A DNA stretch of 63,956 nucleotides, filler included, from Circinaria calcarea (Eukaryota): assembly GCA_051942165.1 (NCBI GenBank). It is 4 parts of 4 records of this genome, joined end to end, with 100 filler letters (N's around TTAATTAATTAA, not from the genome) between each part and the next. Parts side by side here need not be neighbours in the genome. Positions count along the whole stretch, not along the records: positions 1 to 16,085 come from JAVECS010000334.1; 3 more parts are not named here. One strand, 5' to 3'. Shown piece after piece: positions 1-13,571 of this stretch. The notes under the pieces were generated by a model that saw only the letters and a list, made by a program, of their open reading frames with translations, had not been told where the DNA came from and did not search any database. Position numbers and translations under genes: made by a program. Position 1 is the first letter of the stretch. Every line of letters starts with the position of its first letter.

Positions 1-726
1 GGACGGGAATGTGCAGTTCGAGCGGGGAATGAGGGGAGGGAACAGGGTTGAGGGAGTAAGGGGAGCCGAGGATGGCCGAGGTGATGGGTTTGACGTGCTG
101 TAAAGCAGAGTACGGGTCACCCTTTGTTAGCCATACAGAGTTCCCCGTGAAAACGTAGTAAAGTTGAACTGTAACACCACTGGAGATGGAATGGGATGAT
201 ATGAAATGAAATGGATAGGGTGACTCACCTCCGCCTCGCCCACCAGCACCACAATCGTCCTGCCGCCCCTCGGAACCGCCTGCGCCAGATCCCCCAACCG
301 CACAGTCTCCTTGCTGCCCTTCACCAGGTGCACCCGCAGCGCTTCGAGGAAATCGGGGTTGAAGCGGCCGCCGGCGCGCAGCTTGGACAGGTCCTCTTTC
401 AGCTGGTCCAGGGCTCGCTGGATGCCGGCTTCGAGCTCGGTGAAGTCAAAGGGGTCGACGGCGGCGATGTCAGCATTGCGTTTGTTTTCTTGCTTGCCGC
501 CTTTCTTGAGGAGATGTGTCGAGGTGGCGAAGGATTGGCGGGGTGGTCGTCGAGCTGAGGGTGCTGGTGGAAGCGGAAATCGCTGGTGGCATCCAGCGGT
601 CGATATTAGTTGCCTCTTTTCAGCAGGCAGTGCCAGGCGTACAGAATTCCGTTGGAGCACACATCTGCTACGAAGTGGCAGAAGGGTTGTGATGGCCGAG
701 TCAATTACCACGATGCTACAGCGCAT
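1..726 (-). CDS. RRF1: Mitochondrial ribosome recycling factor, 3' truncated by the window edge (exon 726-229, intron 228-98, next exon runs off the window)
   Basis: LKEDLSKLRAGGRFNP..LEALRV...LGDLAQAVPRGGRTIVV motif; Arg/Ser-rich presequence; GTGAGT donor at 228; exon 2 reads HVKPITSAILGS. Confidence 0.85.
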
Positions 727-1143
727 CTTGATTGAGCCAAGTTCATAAGCACGATCAGTTGTAAGGGGCTACATTAGATCCCACGGCTATCGTAGATGTT
801 ACTGTACTACTCCACATTTTACTAGATATTAAGGACTTGGTCCTAGCCCGGTTTGCATTCTACAACAGTTGCATGAATCTCAACAGGTTGTGTCCATTAA
901 TCTCACTCGATGCTGGCAGCTATCCTGCTTGGTATTTTACAGACGACAACCTTGAACAAGCCTCGACAAAAAGGGATACACAACAATCTCTCGAACCATT
1001 GGAGTCACCTTATCCCAAATATCTGACTCGCACCCCTTAGCAGAGCAGCCAAGGTAACTTTTATGCATCGCCATGGAGGTCTAGAAACACAACAACAGAT
1101 CGTAGATGTCATTACCTCCCATCACACTTAGTACAGACATAAG

Positions 1144-3292
1144 TTAACGAGTTGACATGGCTTTTGTGACAAGTCTCTTGAGCGCAAGCTCCTTCTTCTT
1201 CATGTCGTCCGAGCTAGACTCCTCGATCTCGAGCTGAGCCATGGCATCGCTAAGAGCCGTTTCAATCTTCTCCTTCATTCCCCGCTTGAGCTTCAGGGAC
1301 ATTGTCGGGTCAGAGACAATCTCTTCTACACGTGCGATGTATGACTCTAGCTGTTGCTTAGCTTCAAACTTCTTGCTGAATGCGTCGTCGCTGGTCTTGA
1401 ACTTGGCAGCATCTGAAAAGGTCAGTACACGGAAATCCAAATTTTGAGTTGAAAGACCTACCGCTAATCATGTTTTCTATTTCACTTGACGAGAGCTTTC
1501 CAACAGAGTTGGAAATGGTAATGTTTGCACTCCGTCCAGAAGTTTTCTCAGTCGCCGTGACTTTGAGAATACCGTTTACATCAACCTCGAACACAACCTC
1601 GAGGACTGCGTCGCCAGCCTTCATAGGAGGGATGGGCGCGAGAGTAAATTCTCCGAGTGACGTATTATCCTCGCAGTTAACACGCTCGCCTTGGAAAACG
1701 GGAAATTGTACGGTCTGCTGGTTGTCGGCAACGGTGGTAAATGTACGCTTCTTGATGGTAGGAACTGTTTGACCGCGAGCAACGACAGGTGCGAAGATGT
1801 TACCCTCCATGGCAACACCGAGAGACAAAGGAACAACATCGAGGAGTAATAGGTCGGCTGTATCGGCTGATGTAGCCTTCCCAGACAGAATACCGGCTTG
1901 GACTGCAGCACCATATGCGACAGCCTCATCCGGGTTAATGCTCTTCTCAAGCTTCTTACCATCAAAGTAATCACTTAGGAGCTTCTGTATCCGAGGAATA
2001 CGGGTAGAGCCTCCAACCAGAACGATCTCATCAACCTTGCTCTTGTCCAAGTTCGCGTCCTTCAATACCTGCTGAACGGGATCAATAGTACCGTTGAACG
2101 CCTTAGCATTGAGGTCTTCGAAACGGGCACGAGTGATTTGAGCGTTAAAGTCTTCTCCGTCAAATAGAGAGTCAATTTCAACGGTAGTTTGGGTACCGTT
2201 AGACAAGGTACGCTTTGCACGTTCGCATGCTGTTCGTAGACGTCTTAGAGCACGTGGGTCACCAGACATATCTTTCTTAGTCTTGCGCTGAAATTCCTTC
2301 TTGAAGTGTTCTAGAAGGTTTGTATCGAAGTCCTGACCACCGAGATGGGTATCTCCAGCTGTAGCCTTGACGGTGAATACGCCACCTTGGATGTGGAGCA
2401 GGGACACATCGAAGGTTCCTCCGCCAAGATCATAGATCAGGACATTGCGCTCTTTCTCCGATTTACCAGAGCCAAGACCGTAAGCAATTGCAGCAGCGGT
2501 GGGCTCGTTAATGATCCGAAGGACTTGGAGATCTGCGATTGCGCCTGCATCCTTGGTTGCTTGACGTTGGTTATCATTGAAGTAGGCTGGTACGGTAATG
2601 ACGGCCTTCTTAACCTTCTTTCCCAGCTTGGTTTCCGCAACCTCTTTCATCTAGACATGGGATTCAGAGCAATCCTAAAGTCTAACGCAAGGAGACTTAT
2701 CTTACCTTCATGAGAACCATAGATGAGATTTCCTGAGGGGAGAATGTTTTCGTTTCCTTCAGATATTCAACTTGAACCATTGGGCTTCCGCCTTGGTCGA
2801 CCACCTTGAACGGCCATGATTCGATGTCCTTCTTGACTGTGGGATCGTCGAACCTCCGTCCAATAAGACGCCTGATAAGACAATCAGCTGCAGCCACGAA
2901 TTGCAAAGATGAATCGAAGATTCGAGCCTAAGGAGAATGCATACTTGATGTCGAAGATTGTATTCCTCGGGTTCATGGCAGCCTGGTTTTTTGCGGCTTC
3001 CCCAATCAAGCGTTCCTCGTCCGTGAAGGAAACGAACGAGGGAGTAGTGAAACTTCCTTGCTCGTTGGCGACTTGGACATGATAAGTCAGTATATAATCG
3101 AGTTATGAGCAGAACGAGACTCCATCAGCTGTGAGACGTACTGATCTCGACATTGGTTCCCTCATAATTAGCTACGCAAGAGTAGGTGGTGCCTGTGTTT
3201 TAGCTGGTTAGCTGACGATCTGAACGCAGAGCATCGAACATGGACATACCGAGATCGATACCGATCGCTCCTTCGTACACTTCGTCTGCCAT
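1144..3292 (-). CDS. SSB1: Ribosome-associated Hsp70 (SSB type), multi-exon
   Basis: [15 protein letters not shown] start; [23 protein letters not shown] and [10 protein letters not shown] signatures; C-terminus [11 protein letters not shown] lacks EEVD, typical of SSB. Confidence 0.97.
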
Positions 3293-4165
3293 AGCGGAGG
3301 TCTAAAGGTCGAGTGGTTTGGTTTACAAACGAGAAGAAGGCTGAGCTGTCTGGGTGTGAGATTTTCTTGTGCAGCAGCACAAATACGGATGTGATTCTCA
3401 AATTTTGAAAAATGAATTGGTTGCTCCGTGTTTAACGGCCCGAGATGACCCCGAAACTGGGATGTGCTCCGGGCTACATCAGACTACTCCATAGCTCTGT
3501 GCCTGACTGAATATAATTAAAAGTCTGCTATGGATTGGCCATGGGTTTTTTTACCTACCATACAGAGGTCAGACTCCGCCAGCTAGAATTCACCAGGCCG
3601 ATAAACAGCTAACCACATCTTGCACATTATGTGAACAAGTAAGGCTCATGCAGAGTTGATGTACGGGTATTTGGGACATGACAGAATCAAAGTAAGGCTA
3701 GCACGAAAATGCCCCTTCAGTTCGGTGGTTGAAATTATTGATGGTTTAAACGTTCTTGAACGGATTCGAGGATGATATTTACTCTAGCTAGCTGGTTCCT
3801 TTTTCTGGTAATTATGAGGATGTGGTTGCTGTAGAATATGCCGATTTGTTCTACCTGCTCCATTACTTGAACAAACGAATATCATATTCCACACTAAAAC
3901 TGCAACATGAATAGTCCATACTACACCCGAGTAGCGCAGCTGGAGAAATAAGGCCTCACATAGGCATAGCCCAATCGGAGAACTTTGTATTCATCCTCCA
4001 TGACAATGATTGGTGCAGTCGTGTCATAACATACTAGTCTGCCTGCCTAACCACAAACCACTTTATGAAGGAGGCCCTCCTCATACCGTGACTCGTGTCC
4101 GAGTTTAAGACCTCGAGATGCACATCATATTAACCCTTCAAACTCCAGGAACCTTACCCAATCCC

Positions 4166-6901
4166 CTACGAGCGTAGAATATTCACGAAAACAGTCGTCT
4201 TCTCCAGCTCGATGTCCTGCCCTGGTCCGACCTTTGGTGCACCTCTAGGCGGGCCTGCAATCATCTCTACCTCAATCCGATTGACCCCAGGGAGAACCCG
4301 CGTATCGTAAAGTGGGCGCCTTGGGTCGGTTTCTTCTGCCCTCATTGGTGATGGGTTTAAACGTTGGTTGCCCACGGTTACAAATAGCTTGTGTTGGCGC
4401 TGGAAATGTTTGGCCGAGATAGTCGGGATGATCTGAAGACAGTAGTGCGTAGCTGGAAGATTGACAACTACGGATTGTTGTGATGCGGTAGGAGAGGGCG
4501 GAATATCGAGATGAAAGTGATGATCGAGCTTAAGGCCAGGATGGGTGGCAATGGTGACATTGGAAATCAATGCGTCAGAAGCGTCTGCAGATATTAGCAG
4601 CCACCTAGTTAAAGACTTGCAATGAGAAGTACCTTTCCCTGGCTGCCTCCAACGAGAATCAAGCGGGTTGGTAAGCGTATGGCTGTGCGTCAAATGATTG
4701 CTTGAAGCAGCTGGCTGAAGATGCGGACTACCAGTCGGCAGGCTTGCTGGTAGGCTCGCCGGTGGCGGCATACTTACAGCAGCTAGGCGAGGGCTCTGCG
4801 TAGCTTCTTTCGAAGCATCACTGCCTCGTCGAACCTTCACAGCGGCAGGGACAGGGGTTGGGGCCTTTGCAACATGTATTTCGTCCTTTACTCCATTGAT
4901 AATTATGGGAGGAGATGTAGCCGAGCCACCGCCCGAACTCTGAGATGTAGTGTTGGTTGTAGGAATAGGTATCGAGGCTGAACTGGACTTTGTGCCAGAG
5001 AATGGATTACGAGAGGGAGGCAAAGAAGGAGTTCCATTGACGCCGGTGATAGACTGGCCGTTCGCCCCAGCTGTGACTAGCTCCTGCTGTCGCTTAAGAG
5101 CGCTATCATCTACTTTAATCACAGCGTCTTCGCTGTGGGCAGACTTCTGGCCAAAGCGAAGTTTGATCTTCGGCTCCGGTGATTTAGCAGACATTTTGAT
5201 TCTTAGTTTGGGCTGAGGTGGCTCCGATACTACCTTTTTTGCCTCGGTCAGGCGCCGATTAAAATAGGCCTTCCACCACATTAGCATTATGTATCTCAAA
5301 GTACTCATGGAACATACTTCAAACTCGTTAGCTAGCTCGAAAATCTCACTTCCATCTTCATTATATTGACGGGCATTTTTCCAAATGTAGCTTATCTCAT
5401 CTTCGAACGCCTGCCAGCTCTTGAAAAACGACACGCCAGTTGGTTTGTCTCGCCCCTTGACCCCACGGACCATTTTTTGTGCGCCTTTCAGACACTGTGG
5501 GTGTTTGATGATTCGATAGTAGTCCCGTAGGTCACGGGGCGGTAAGTTCTGGAAGGGGCCAGATATGAGTTGATCACTGCCAGCACACGTTAGCAGCTTA
5601 AAAATACAATACAGCCAACTCTATGAAAATACTCTTTGTTCTTCAGTTGAATCATCTCGCTCATAATCTTTTCCTGGGCTTGCTGAAAGGTGTTGCCCTC
5701 AAAGTCTTCGCCGGCATCCTCGGCCTCTTGCACGGCTGGCGTTGAACTTGCCCGCCGACGATTGAGTTCCTTTTCGGCGGACGGACCATGAAGCGTAACA
5801 GACTTACGCGGCTTTACAGGAACAGTCTCTTCTACATCCGTCTCGCCATCAGCATCAGCATCATCTTCTCCATCGTCGGGGCTGTTTGTGCTTGCTGAGG
5901 TCCCGTTCTGTTTTTCACCAGGTAGAGGGGTGGGCATCGGTGTGTACCCCGATCCATCTTTGTAAGCTGGATTGACCCTAATCATGTAATTCGATACCAT
6001 CTTGCGGATCCTCTCGGCGTCTGAGTAGACATCGGAGCCTTTTTCATTGAACAATTTTGCATTGCTGACCATGCGCTTAAGATCGCTCTCTAGCGTAGAA
6101 AGAGTGGGATATTGACGTCGATTTAACTTATCCTAATCATGTAGATGTTAGCCTAGCTCAACATAAAGTACCGATCCACATGTTACATGACCACTGCTTT
6201 GATCGATGAATTTGTTTCAGGATACTAGGAAAGGATTCTAAGGAGAGCTCATGATGCTGAACGCTGACCTCAATTGTGTCCAAGGCAATCGGTAGTGCGA
6301 TAACTTGATAATATTGAGGGAGTTTCTTCTGTGATAGATGCTCGTTAGCATATAGCGTTGGGAAATGAGGCACTCGGCGCTACTTAACATACCTTGTCTG
6401 GCAGAGTCAAGAAGCGGGTGGCAATAGGGCGATGTCTGGCAAACTAGCATTAGACGCTTTCGGCGGGCAATTGTTATATTCGCGGCTGCCTACCGTTTAT
6501 CGCAACCTGACTTGATCTGAGCAAGGAAACCAAGGCCGATCTCCGTTGTGGACTCTGGGGTCTCTTCCTGGATAGGCTTGATAATTCATGGTGTTAGTGG
6601 TCTTGCGAATGTGCATTTTGACGGATTAATGACTTGGAAAGTGTGTAGCAGTGATACAACTTTGGCGATGAACTTCCAAGATGAAGTTCCTAAGCTTCGA
6701 GAGGTTCATAAGGTCGTCTAGCGCAGGGAGCCTGCAAGACTTCCTTCACCCCTCAAACGACTTCATCGCTTCTACACCACCACCAATGCAACACTAAAGG
6801 AAGAGAACTCTTACTTGTACAGGTAGTTTGCGTCTCTTCGCATCAGGAGCATCCGCTGCACTGGTTACAGCTGCCGCTGTCGCCTTCCGCTTTGCGACCA
6901 T
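4166..6901 (-). CDS. Tandem-bromodomain chromatin protein (RSC4/polybromo-like), multi-exon
   Basis: Two bromodomain segments (YYQVIALPIALDTIE...MVSNAKLFNEKGSDVYSDA; YYRIIKHP...IWKNARQYNEDGSEIF); start MVAKRKA at 6901. Confidence 0.8.
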
Positions 6902-7775
6902 TTTCCCCCGGAATATCGAATCGCGTTGACGGTCTCACGAAGCGCTCAGAAATTTGATATTCTCACTGCCTTAAGTTACTCCACCGTTGCGGTTGCGACT
7001 TGAGCCACACACCCTGCTTTGGTGAACGCGCCCGCTGCGAACGAGGGGAGGGTAGGGATCACCAAGTTCGGAATCCCAACGGGGGGATTTGCAGTGGCCG
7101 AGTATCTGATATCGAGCACTACACGTTGAATTGCTCCAAATCTTGGAGATTGCAACTGTATCAAACGATCCTACCTCGAGTAAAGAGCGCTGTAAACTTT
7201 CTGCCAAGTGTAGCCAATAGTCGACATACTTCTTGATGCTGTCCAATTCTCACTATGGCCGTTCGACGTCGCTTTCATTCCAGGCAAGCGAAGCATCCGG
7301 ATCGGCAGGGGGCTAACTCCGGAAGTGCTCGCTTACCTCGGGCCCCGGCTCCCAAATAAACTCACCGTCTACTCCGTACCGTTGTTTACGTGCAGAACAT
7401 TTAAGTCTCTGTAATGAACTTGCATACCCTACATTCATCATCCTTCACTACTCCGATTCACCCGAATATAGCCAGACTCCAGGGTAAAGCTCCTTCATAC
7501 CCATTGCCGTGAATCGATCCCAGCACACATATCGTAACCGTCTAGACGTTGACTTGCCATCCGCCCAGCGAAACCTGCGACACGTGCCTTCGAGCCACAC
7601 TGCACTACGTCTTGCTGCAGGAGTGTAACACGAAGACTACGCTGGGTTAAAGCCACACAGTGGGAAACTCCTTGGTAGCTCGGCTATCTGGACGTTTTTG
7701 CAATCCTGGGCTCGCGTACTCCTCTCTCAGGCACGGGGGGTTCAGGTGAACCAGTGGCTGGATCGATTTTACGCT

Positions 7776-8309
7776 ATGGCAACACTAGATCATGATCGAA
7801 GGAACAAGAAACCGAGAATGCTTTCTGAGTCGGAGAGGGAGCGTCTTGACGAATTCATTGACTCCATACACTATTCTTCAAGGTAAGAATGTTCCTGTGT
7901 TCTGCCGCTCCAAACAGCGAGACAGACTCTCAGTACTGATTAACATATGTAGGTACTCCGACAATGAATATGAGTATCGACATGTTCAGCTACCAAAGCC
8001 CATGCTGAAGGCAATACCCAAAGAGTACTTCGATCCATCAAAGGGCACATTGAAGCTGCTATGGGAGGAGGAATGGAGGGGCCTTGGTATTACCCAAGTA
8101 AATACGATGAATTCCTGCGCTGTCGAGAATTGGTGCTGATTTCTCAACTTAGAGTCTGGGTTGGGAGCATTACGAGGTACACGAACCCGAGCCACACATA
8201 CTGCTCTTCAAGTACGTAGTCCTCCATCCCAGCTCCCACTTCGTAGCAATTGACATCTTGACCTTCTAGACGACCGATCAATTATCAGCCACCAATCGCT
8301 CAAGGATGA
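7776..8309 (+). CDS. CKS1: Cyclin-dependent kinase regulatory subunit (4 exons)
   Basis: [54 protein letters not shown] after splicing. Confidence 0.96.
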
Positions 8310-8618
8310 GATTTCTAGACATCACGACTGCCACTTTCCTGTTTAATGGTACTCGGACACCCTCTGCGGTAGCAATGCTGAAACGAGTTATGGACATATT
8401 TGCATCGGGGCTTGAAGTGTGCTGTGTTTCAGTAGCGTTCTATATCGTGTGCTTCATGAGCTAAAGCCCCCGACGATAGGCAAGGAAGCTTCGTCGAATC
8501 TAGCCAAACAGCCGCAGCGGATCTTAGGGCGTGTCACTCGTAGTGGCTAGCGCACTCTAGCTAGATGGTACTGGTTCCAGCGCTTCATGCTAGGATGTGA
8601 CATTGTCGGACGTGGTGT

Positions 8619-9479
8619 TTAAATGACATTCTTCTCGAGCCACTCTTCCCATTGCTGGCCGGTGAAGCTACTCGAAATACTACCCTCCACAACGCCCTGC
8701 ATTTGTCAAAGGGTCAGCATGTTAAATACACGGGATGGTGAGGCATAAACATACGTTGAAAAGTACCGTTGGTGTCACATGGACCCCGGTCAAACGATTG
8801 GCCTACACATCAAGCACATTAATGATATGCTCAAAAAATTTACCCTTTCTCACCAAGCTTACCTTCACCATCAGCTTTATGTCATTAGTGACGCGGTTGC
8901 CAACATTCAGCCCACCATCCTCTCCTGGTTTGTCTCCAACCTCGAGTAGTTCCATTACTTTCCCTTTGTCAACCCCAATTTCACCAGCTAGTGCCGCTAG
9001 CCGCTTGTATGTCTCGTTCCGTGACTCCTTTACCACATTGACATCGAAGAACTCTTTCTGATGTTCGAATAACGTGGCGCTATATTCATAGAATTTATTC
9101 GATGACAGGCAGAGAACCGCAGTAGCAGCTTCGTGAACCAAAGTAGACGAGGGATGCCATGGCTGTATTTGCTGCCGCAAAATGAATCGGACTTTTGTCG
9201 AATATTTCTGGGATACGAGAGGGAAGACGGAGGAGTAAAGAGTGCCGAACATTTTTGCAGAGAACTATAGAGAGAGTGTTTGTTAGCACCGAAAGCGCGG
9301 AGTTAAAAACAAGAGAACCAACGTACGGGGCAAACATAGTCGAGATCTGTGAGCAATCAGCTTCAAGAATGTATCCAAAAAGATGGAATAATGCGGTTAC
9401 AAAGCTCAATGGTATGGACGGCCTTTGGTGATATACCAGCGGAAAACGCTTGCCCTGCGAATTTAGGTGCTAAGGCCAT
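8619..9479 (-). CDS. Thioredoxin-like/DsbA-like fold protein, multi-exon
   Basis: MALAPKFAG start; FILRQQIQPWHPSSTLVHEA, LNVGNRVTNDIK and GVHVTPTVLF motifs of a conserved fungal family. Confidence 0.8.
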
Positions 9480-9789
9480 TGCGTATACTAAGCTTTTTGG
9501 ATTGATAAAGGCCTCAAGGAGCTTGATCTCAACGTCGACATTTAGAGAGTCGTTCAGCTAAAGGTACAGTAGCCTTGTGTAATGAGATCAAAGTGTTCCC
9601 TGCCCCTCGGTGACCTGCCGCGGGGCTTAAGATGGGTACGCTAAGTTTAATTTACCAGACTCGGAAGGTCGCGCCCTGCAGATTCACGCGATTATCAATT
9701 TCAACGTCTCCATTATCATGCATCTCAATCAGCAGACTCTTGGTTCAATGAAACCTTCGATAGTTAGGATCAAACCAGTAGTATAGCAG

Positions 9790-10641
9790 ATGGCTGAATG
9801 TCTACAGATCCCCACGGTGACTGAGGTAGGTCATTACGACGACAGAAAGCTTCATCCGACTATTCGTACTGAATCTACTCCTTCACAGGAGGACCTTCTC
9901 GCATTTCATGCATGGAGATATGGTAGGCTATACAGTCCCAGACCACCAGCTCTCGACGATCACGGAAACCTCGCTCATGCAGAAGACACTACGGAGGACG
10001 ATGATGGCCTAGGATGGTATCCTGATGGTGTAAAGCGTACTCTGACTGATGAACAAATTGCTATGTTCAGACATAGTGAGATCCAAGCTATACTCAGGGC
10101 TGAAAGACACCGAAGAGAGATGAAGAGTTCGGATTCGGAAGCAACATCTGACGGCGAGCCGGATATCAATGTGTTTGATGGGGAGCCTAGTATGCTGGGG
10201 CCATTTATTGTGGATAGTGATCAGCATGAACCACTGGAAGATATTGAGGATGGTGAGATTGATGAGGAAGACGATGAAGAAGAGTACGCGCGATTCATAG
10301 AAAAAGAGCGTGAAGAGTTTGAGTCTGCGGCTTTGTTAATGAAGGCTAGAAAAGGCCGGGAAACATTAAGAATCACGGGCAGGACCACTTCAACAAGGAG
10401 ACGTGTCAGGGAACTTGATGAGATTGCGGGCGGCAACGATGTTCTCGATTACGGCGATGGACCAACTGTATCACCAATCCCTGCCAAGGCTGGTGCAGCA
10501 GACCTCAACCCTAGCGGTGGGAGTGGGACTATTTCTACATTTCAAGGCCATCAAGTAGACGAACCTAACTACACCAACTCCCATAATCAAATTGGAGCTA
10601 CCATAGGTAGGAAAATCTGGTGGCCAACTATCCGATCGTAA
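9790..10641 (+). CDS. DUF3807-family acidic protein (possible in-frame intron 9826-9888)
   Basis: DDGLGWYPDGVKRTLTDEQIAMFRHSEIQ motif; C-terminal RKIWWP. Confidence 0.75.
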   Translation: MAECLQIPTVTEVGHYDDRKLHPTIRTESTPSQEDLLAFHAWRYGRLYSPRPPALDDHGNLAHAEDTTEDDDGLGWYPDGVKRTLTDEQIAMFRHSEIQAILRAERHRREMKSSDSEATSDGEPDINVFDGEPSMLGPFIVDSDQHEPLEDIEDGEIDEEDDEEEYARFIEKEREEFESAALLMKARKGRETLRITGRTTSTRRRVRELDEIAGGNDVLDYGDGPTVSPIPAKAGAADLNPSGGSGTISTFQGHQVDEPNYTNSHNQIGATIGRKIWWPTIRS

Positions 10642-11083
10642 ATTGCATTGGAAATAGGCCAAGGGCCATGGCGCAAGAAACTGGTCAAAAGCTTCGCTAG
10701 TCCACAGCACAGGATGACGGTGAGTCTCTTAACTCCTCCATATAATTCCCAAAAATGATGAAAGAAATCATCGTCATCCTTAGACGTACAGTCCACAAAC
10801 CCGTACAGCTTCTGATGCGTTTTGGCATATGCTCAAAGCAATCAAGTTGGGTCAAGTAGTCTCATGGCGAATACATAATCTTCTCTCTGAATCCTGATAA
10901 TATTAGCCTCCGTTTTGACCTTATTTATACAGGACTATACTGACTTGTTGTAGCGGTTGAAACCTAGAAGCTGTTACGACGGACTAACCCTTACTAGTCG
11001 TACATTCTTGTTGATATCAGTCTGTTAACACTGCATGTACGTGCCCCATATCACTGACCTCAGTCGACATTATCGTTGAGCTT

Positions 11084-11296
11084 CTAGACAACAGTTTTAC
11101 CGTCTTCAATGCCATTCTTGAGGTTATGATTTGCTTTGTCGTATGACTTCTGCCAAGAATCGAGGTATTGCTCCATCTTCTCCTGTCCACGATGTTCGCC
11201 GTATCCGATGTTGTTCAGCGTTTCTTGGTTTCGGAGATAGGCCTCAACTTTCCCATGCTGTATAGTGGAGAATGCGCGGCTTTTAGATGTATTCAA
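11084..11296 (-). CDS. Small hypothetical protein A (paralog of 13572-13826); 5' end uncertain
   Basis: 20/38 ungapped identity with the ORF at 13572-13826; no in-frame ATG before the conserved core, so probably spliced. Confidence 0.5.
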   Translation of the reverse strand: MNTSKSRAFSTIQHGKVEAYLRNQETLNNIGYGEHRGQEKMEQYLDSWQKSYDKANHNLKNGIEDGKTVV

Positions 11297-13571
11297 GAGG
11301 CTGTCACCATGTTAATGTTCTACTCTGACTTCACTGAGAGAACAATATGCCAACAAATTTGCCGATTTCACCACTTGCGTTGAGAGTATAGAATTACCCG
11401 CCATGATGCTTGGACGATCTTACTTAACGAAGTCCTCTTTGACAAAGGATGGAGTTAGCTACCCTATTAACAGTGGACATCGAACTACGAGGAGGACCGC
11501 CGCTACTTTAACCGACTCCTGGATTGCCAAGCCGTGTCCAACTAAGATGAGAACTATTAGAGGCCCTGTTCTCTCCTGGATGTCGGTTCCATGCATGGCG
11601 CATCCATCTCCCGCAGCCATACTAGCGAGCAAGGCTAACAACTTATGAAAATATCATCCCAGTATAGTACATGCGGCTCTGCCATCTAAGGGTAGGGCTT
11701 CTCCACGGTGCAGTCTAGTTGAAGATAAGCCGGGCTTATGACCACCATGCGATGCATGGCAAGAAGCAGCCTCGACTGAACCAACAGCTCCTCACAATTG
11801 CACCTATTGTCTATCAAGGGAACCAGCTTTTCTGAAGAGTTAATAGCCCTTTTCCCGCTTCGCCTATCCTCTATCTAGTTGCGGCGAGCATAAGAGCTCA
11901 AAAGTCACGCTGTCATCCTAGCAGGGTCCACTCTACTGTACATATACTATGCGTCGATACTTTAGGAAGACTTGGCCGTCTCGACGGGTATACGCAAAGA
12001 TAAAATCCAATCAGCATTCTTTTCGACGAGGTGACTGTTTGGCTCTAGTGTCTTTGATGTCGAAGAACTTAGGGATGTATTTCTCGAGTATTCGAGGTAT
12101 ACTGGTGCATCAGTGAAAATAAGTCGCGGATACTACGCACCAGCTGATTGGCTCTCGGTGTCTTTGGAGCCCTCTTACTTCCTCAATCTACCACTGTGAG
12201 CCCAGGAAACCTCAAGTTGAATATATTGACCTAGATGCCTGCTGGCCAATCTCACATCTGACGTTACGCAGTCGGATAACAATCAGCGGGTGGAACCTTT
12301 TTGGATTGAAGCCTACCAATGGTACTTCGGAAAAGATGGTCCTCTGTGGTATTCCTAGGTTACAACCGTCGCATAATACAATTATTCCTATTGATGAGTT
12401 ATTTTCTGTTGCGCAGTCCTAGCGCTCATTTCCGAATGTATTTGCGGCTATGAGTACCATGTTAACCACCCGGTAACGCATCATAGGGCTGCTTATATGC
12501 ATGATAGAACAGAAAATCCTCCGAGTTTACCTCCTTGTTCAATGATTCTGATAATAGAAATTTCTAACTTGCGGCTTACGACTTGCTTGCGTCGCTTACC
12601 TATGTTCTCCTCACACCCACGCTTTATTTCTGTACACCATCCAAAAACACACTCATATATTATAAGCTTATTTCAACTATCTTAAGGTTCAAATATGTTT
12701 CAGAGTCTCGATGTGCAGCCCGTGAGACACTTTCCATTGGCGATGCTGTTTGTTAGTCCCGGATGGCATGATGCCGAAGGCGCTCATATCTCCGCATCCC
12801 AATATCCTCCTTGGGCTGGAACTACGATACAATAGTCAGTACTGGTTTCGTCCCGAATTACTCGGGCACATAGTACGTATCCAGAAGCTTTCCGAATTGC
12901 AAAGTGTGATCAAGATTGGAACAACGTTTATAGGCGTTCCCTTCCACCCTTCTAACTAGCTATAGCATCTAATCTCTATTTATCTGGGAACTTGTCAGGG
13001 ATCTGCGTTGTGATCAGCCTACTCTAATTCAAGCAAAGCAGTCAACATGCACCACACTACGTCCATTTACTCTCGGGAATCGAGAATTGAAGCCTTCCCG
13101 TATTGTGTATGAGGTTCTGCTACAACATGATATGCAAGGTCTTTCGATCACGGACGGCTGCAGCGTCGGCTCTGGTGCAAACTAGCCGGTGGCACCGAAA
13201 GATATAACTTAACTGTTGCTCGCCAGCCGTGTTTGACGGCAATTAGCTACACGCGATAGCAGCAGTTTGCTCGATAATTCCCGTGATTACATAGCTCGCT
13301 TTGGATCATCCAACATGGTCTTTAGCCTAGAATAGTTGATTGGAATGTGACGAAGGGAGGTGGCAATTTCCGCGGACGAAGGCTACAACAAGAGTGCACT
13401 TCACTTCCTAACCAGAATGACTTCAAAATTCACGTTTGTTTCTCAATGAAAGTTATCATCCAATCCCGACGGTTCACGGGAGTTTGTCCATTGGAGATGA
13501 GGACCTCCCACGTCATATCCAGCTCACTCCAATATCCTCTTTCAACAATCTCTGGCTGACTTGCAACCATA

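Noticed and set aside
6960..7700. Possible structured ncRNA between the bromodomain gene and CKS1
   Set aside because: Only short hairpins; I found no convincing RNase P/MRP, SRP, snRNA or riboswitch consensus; better explained as a divergent promoter and UTRs
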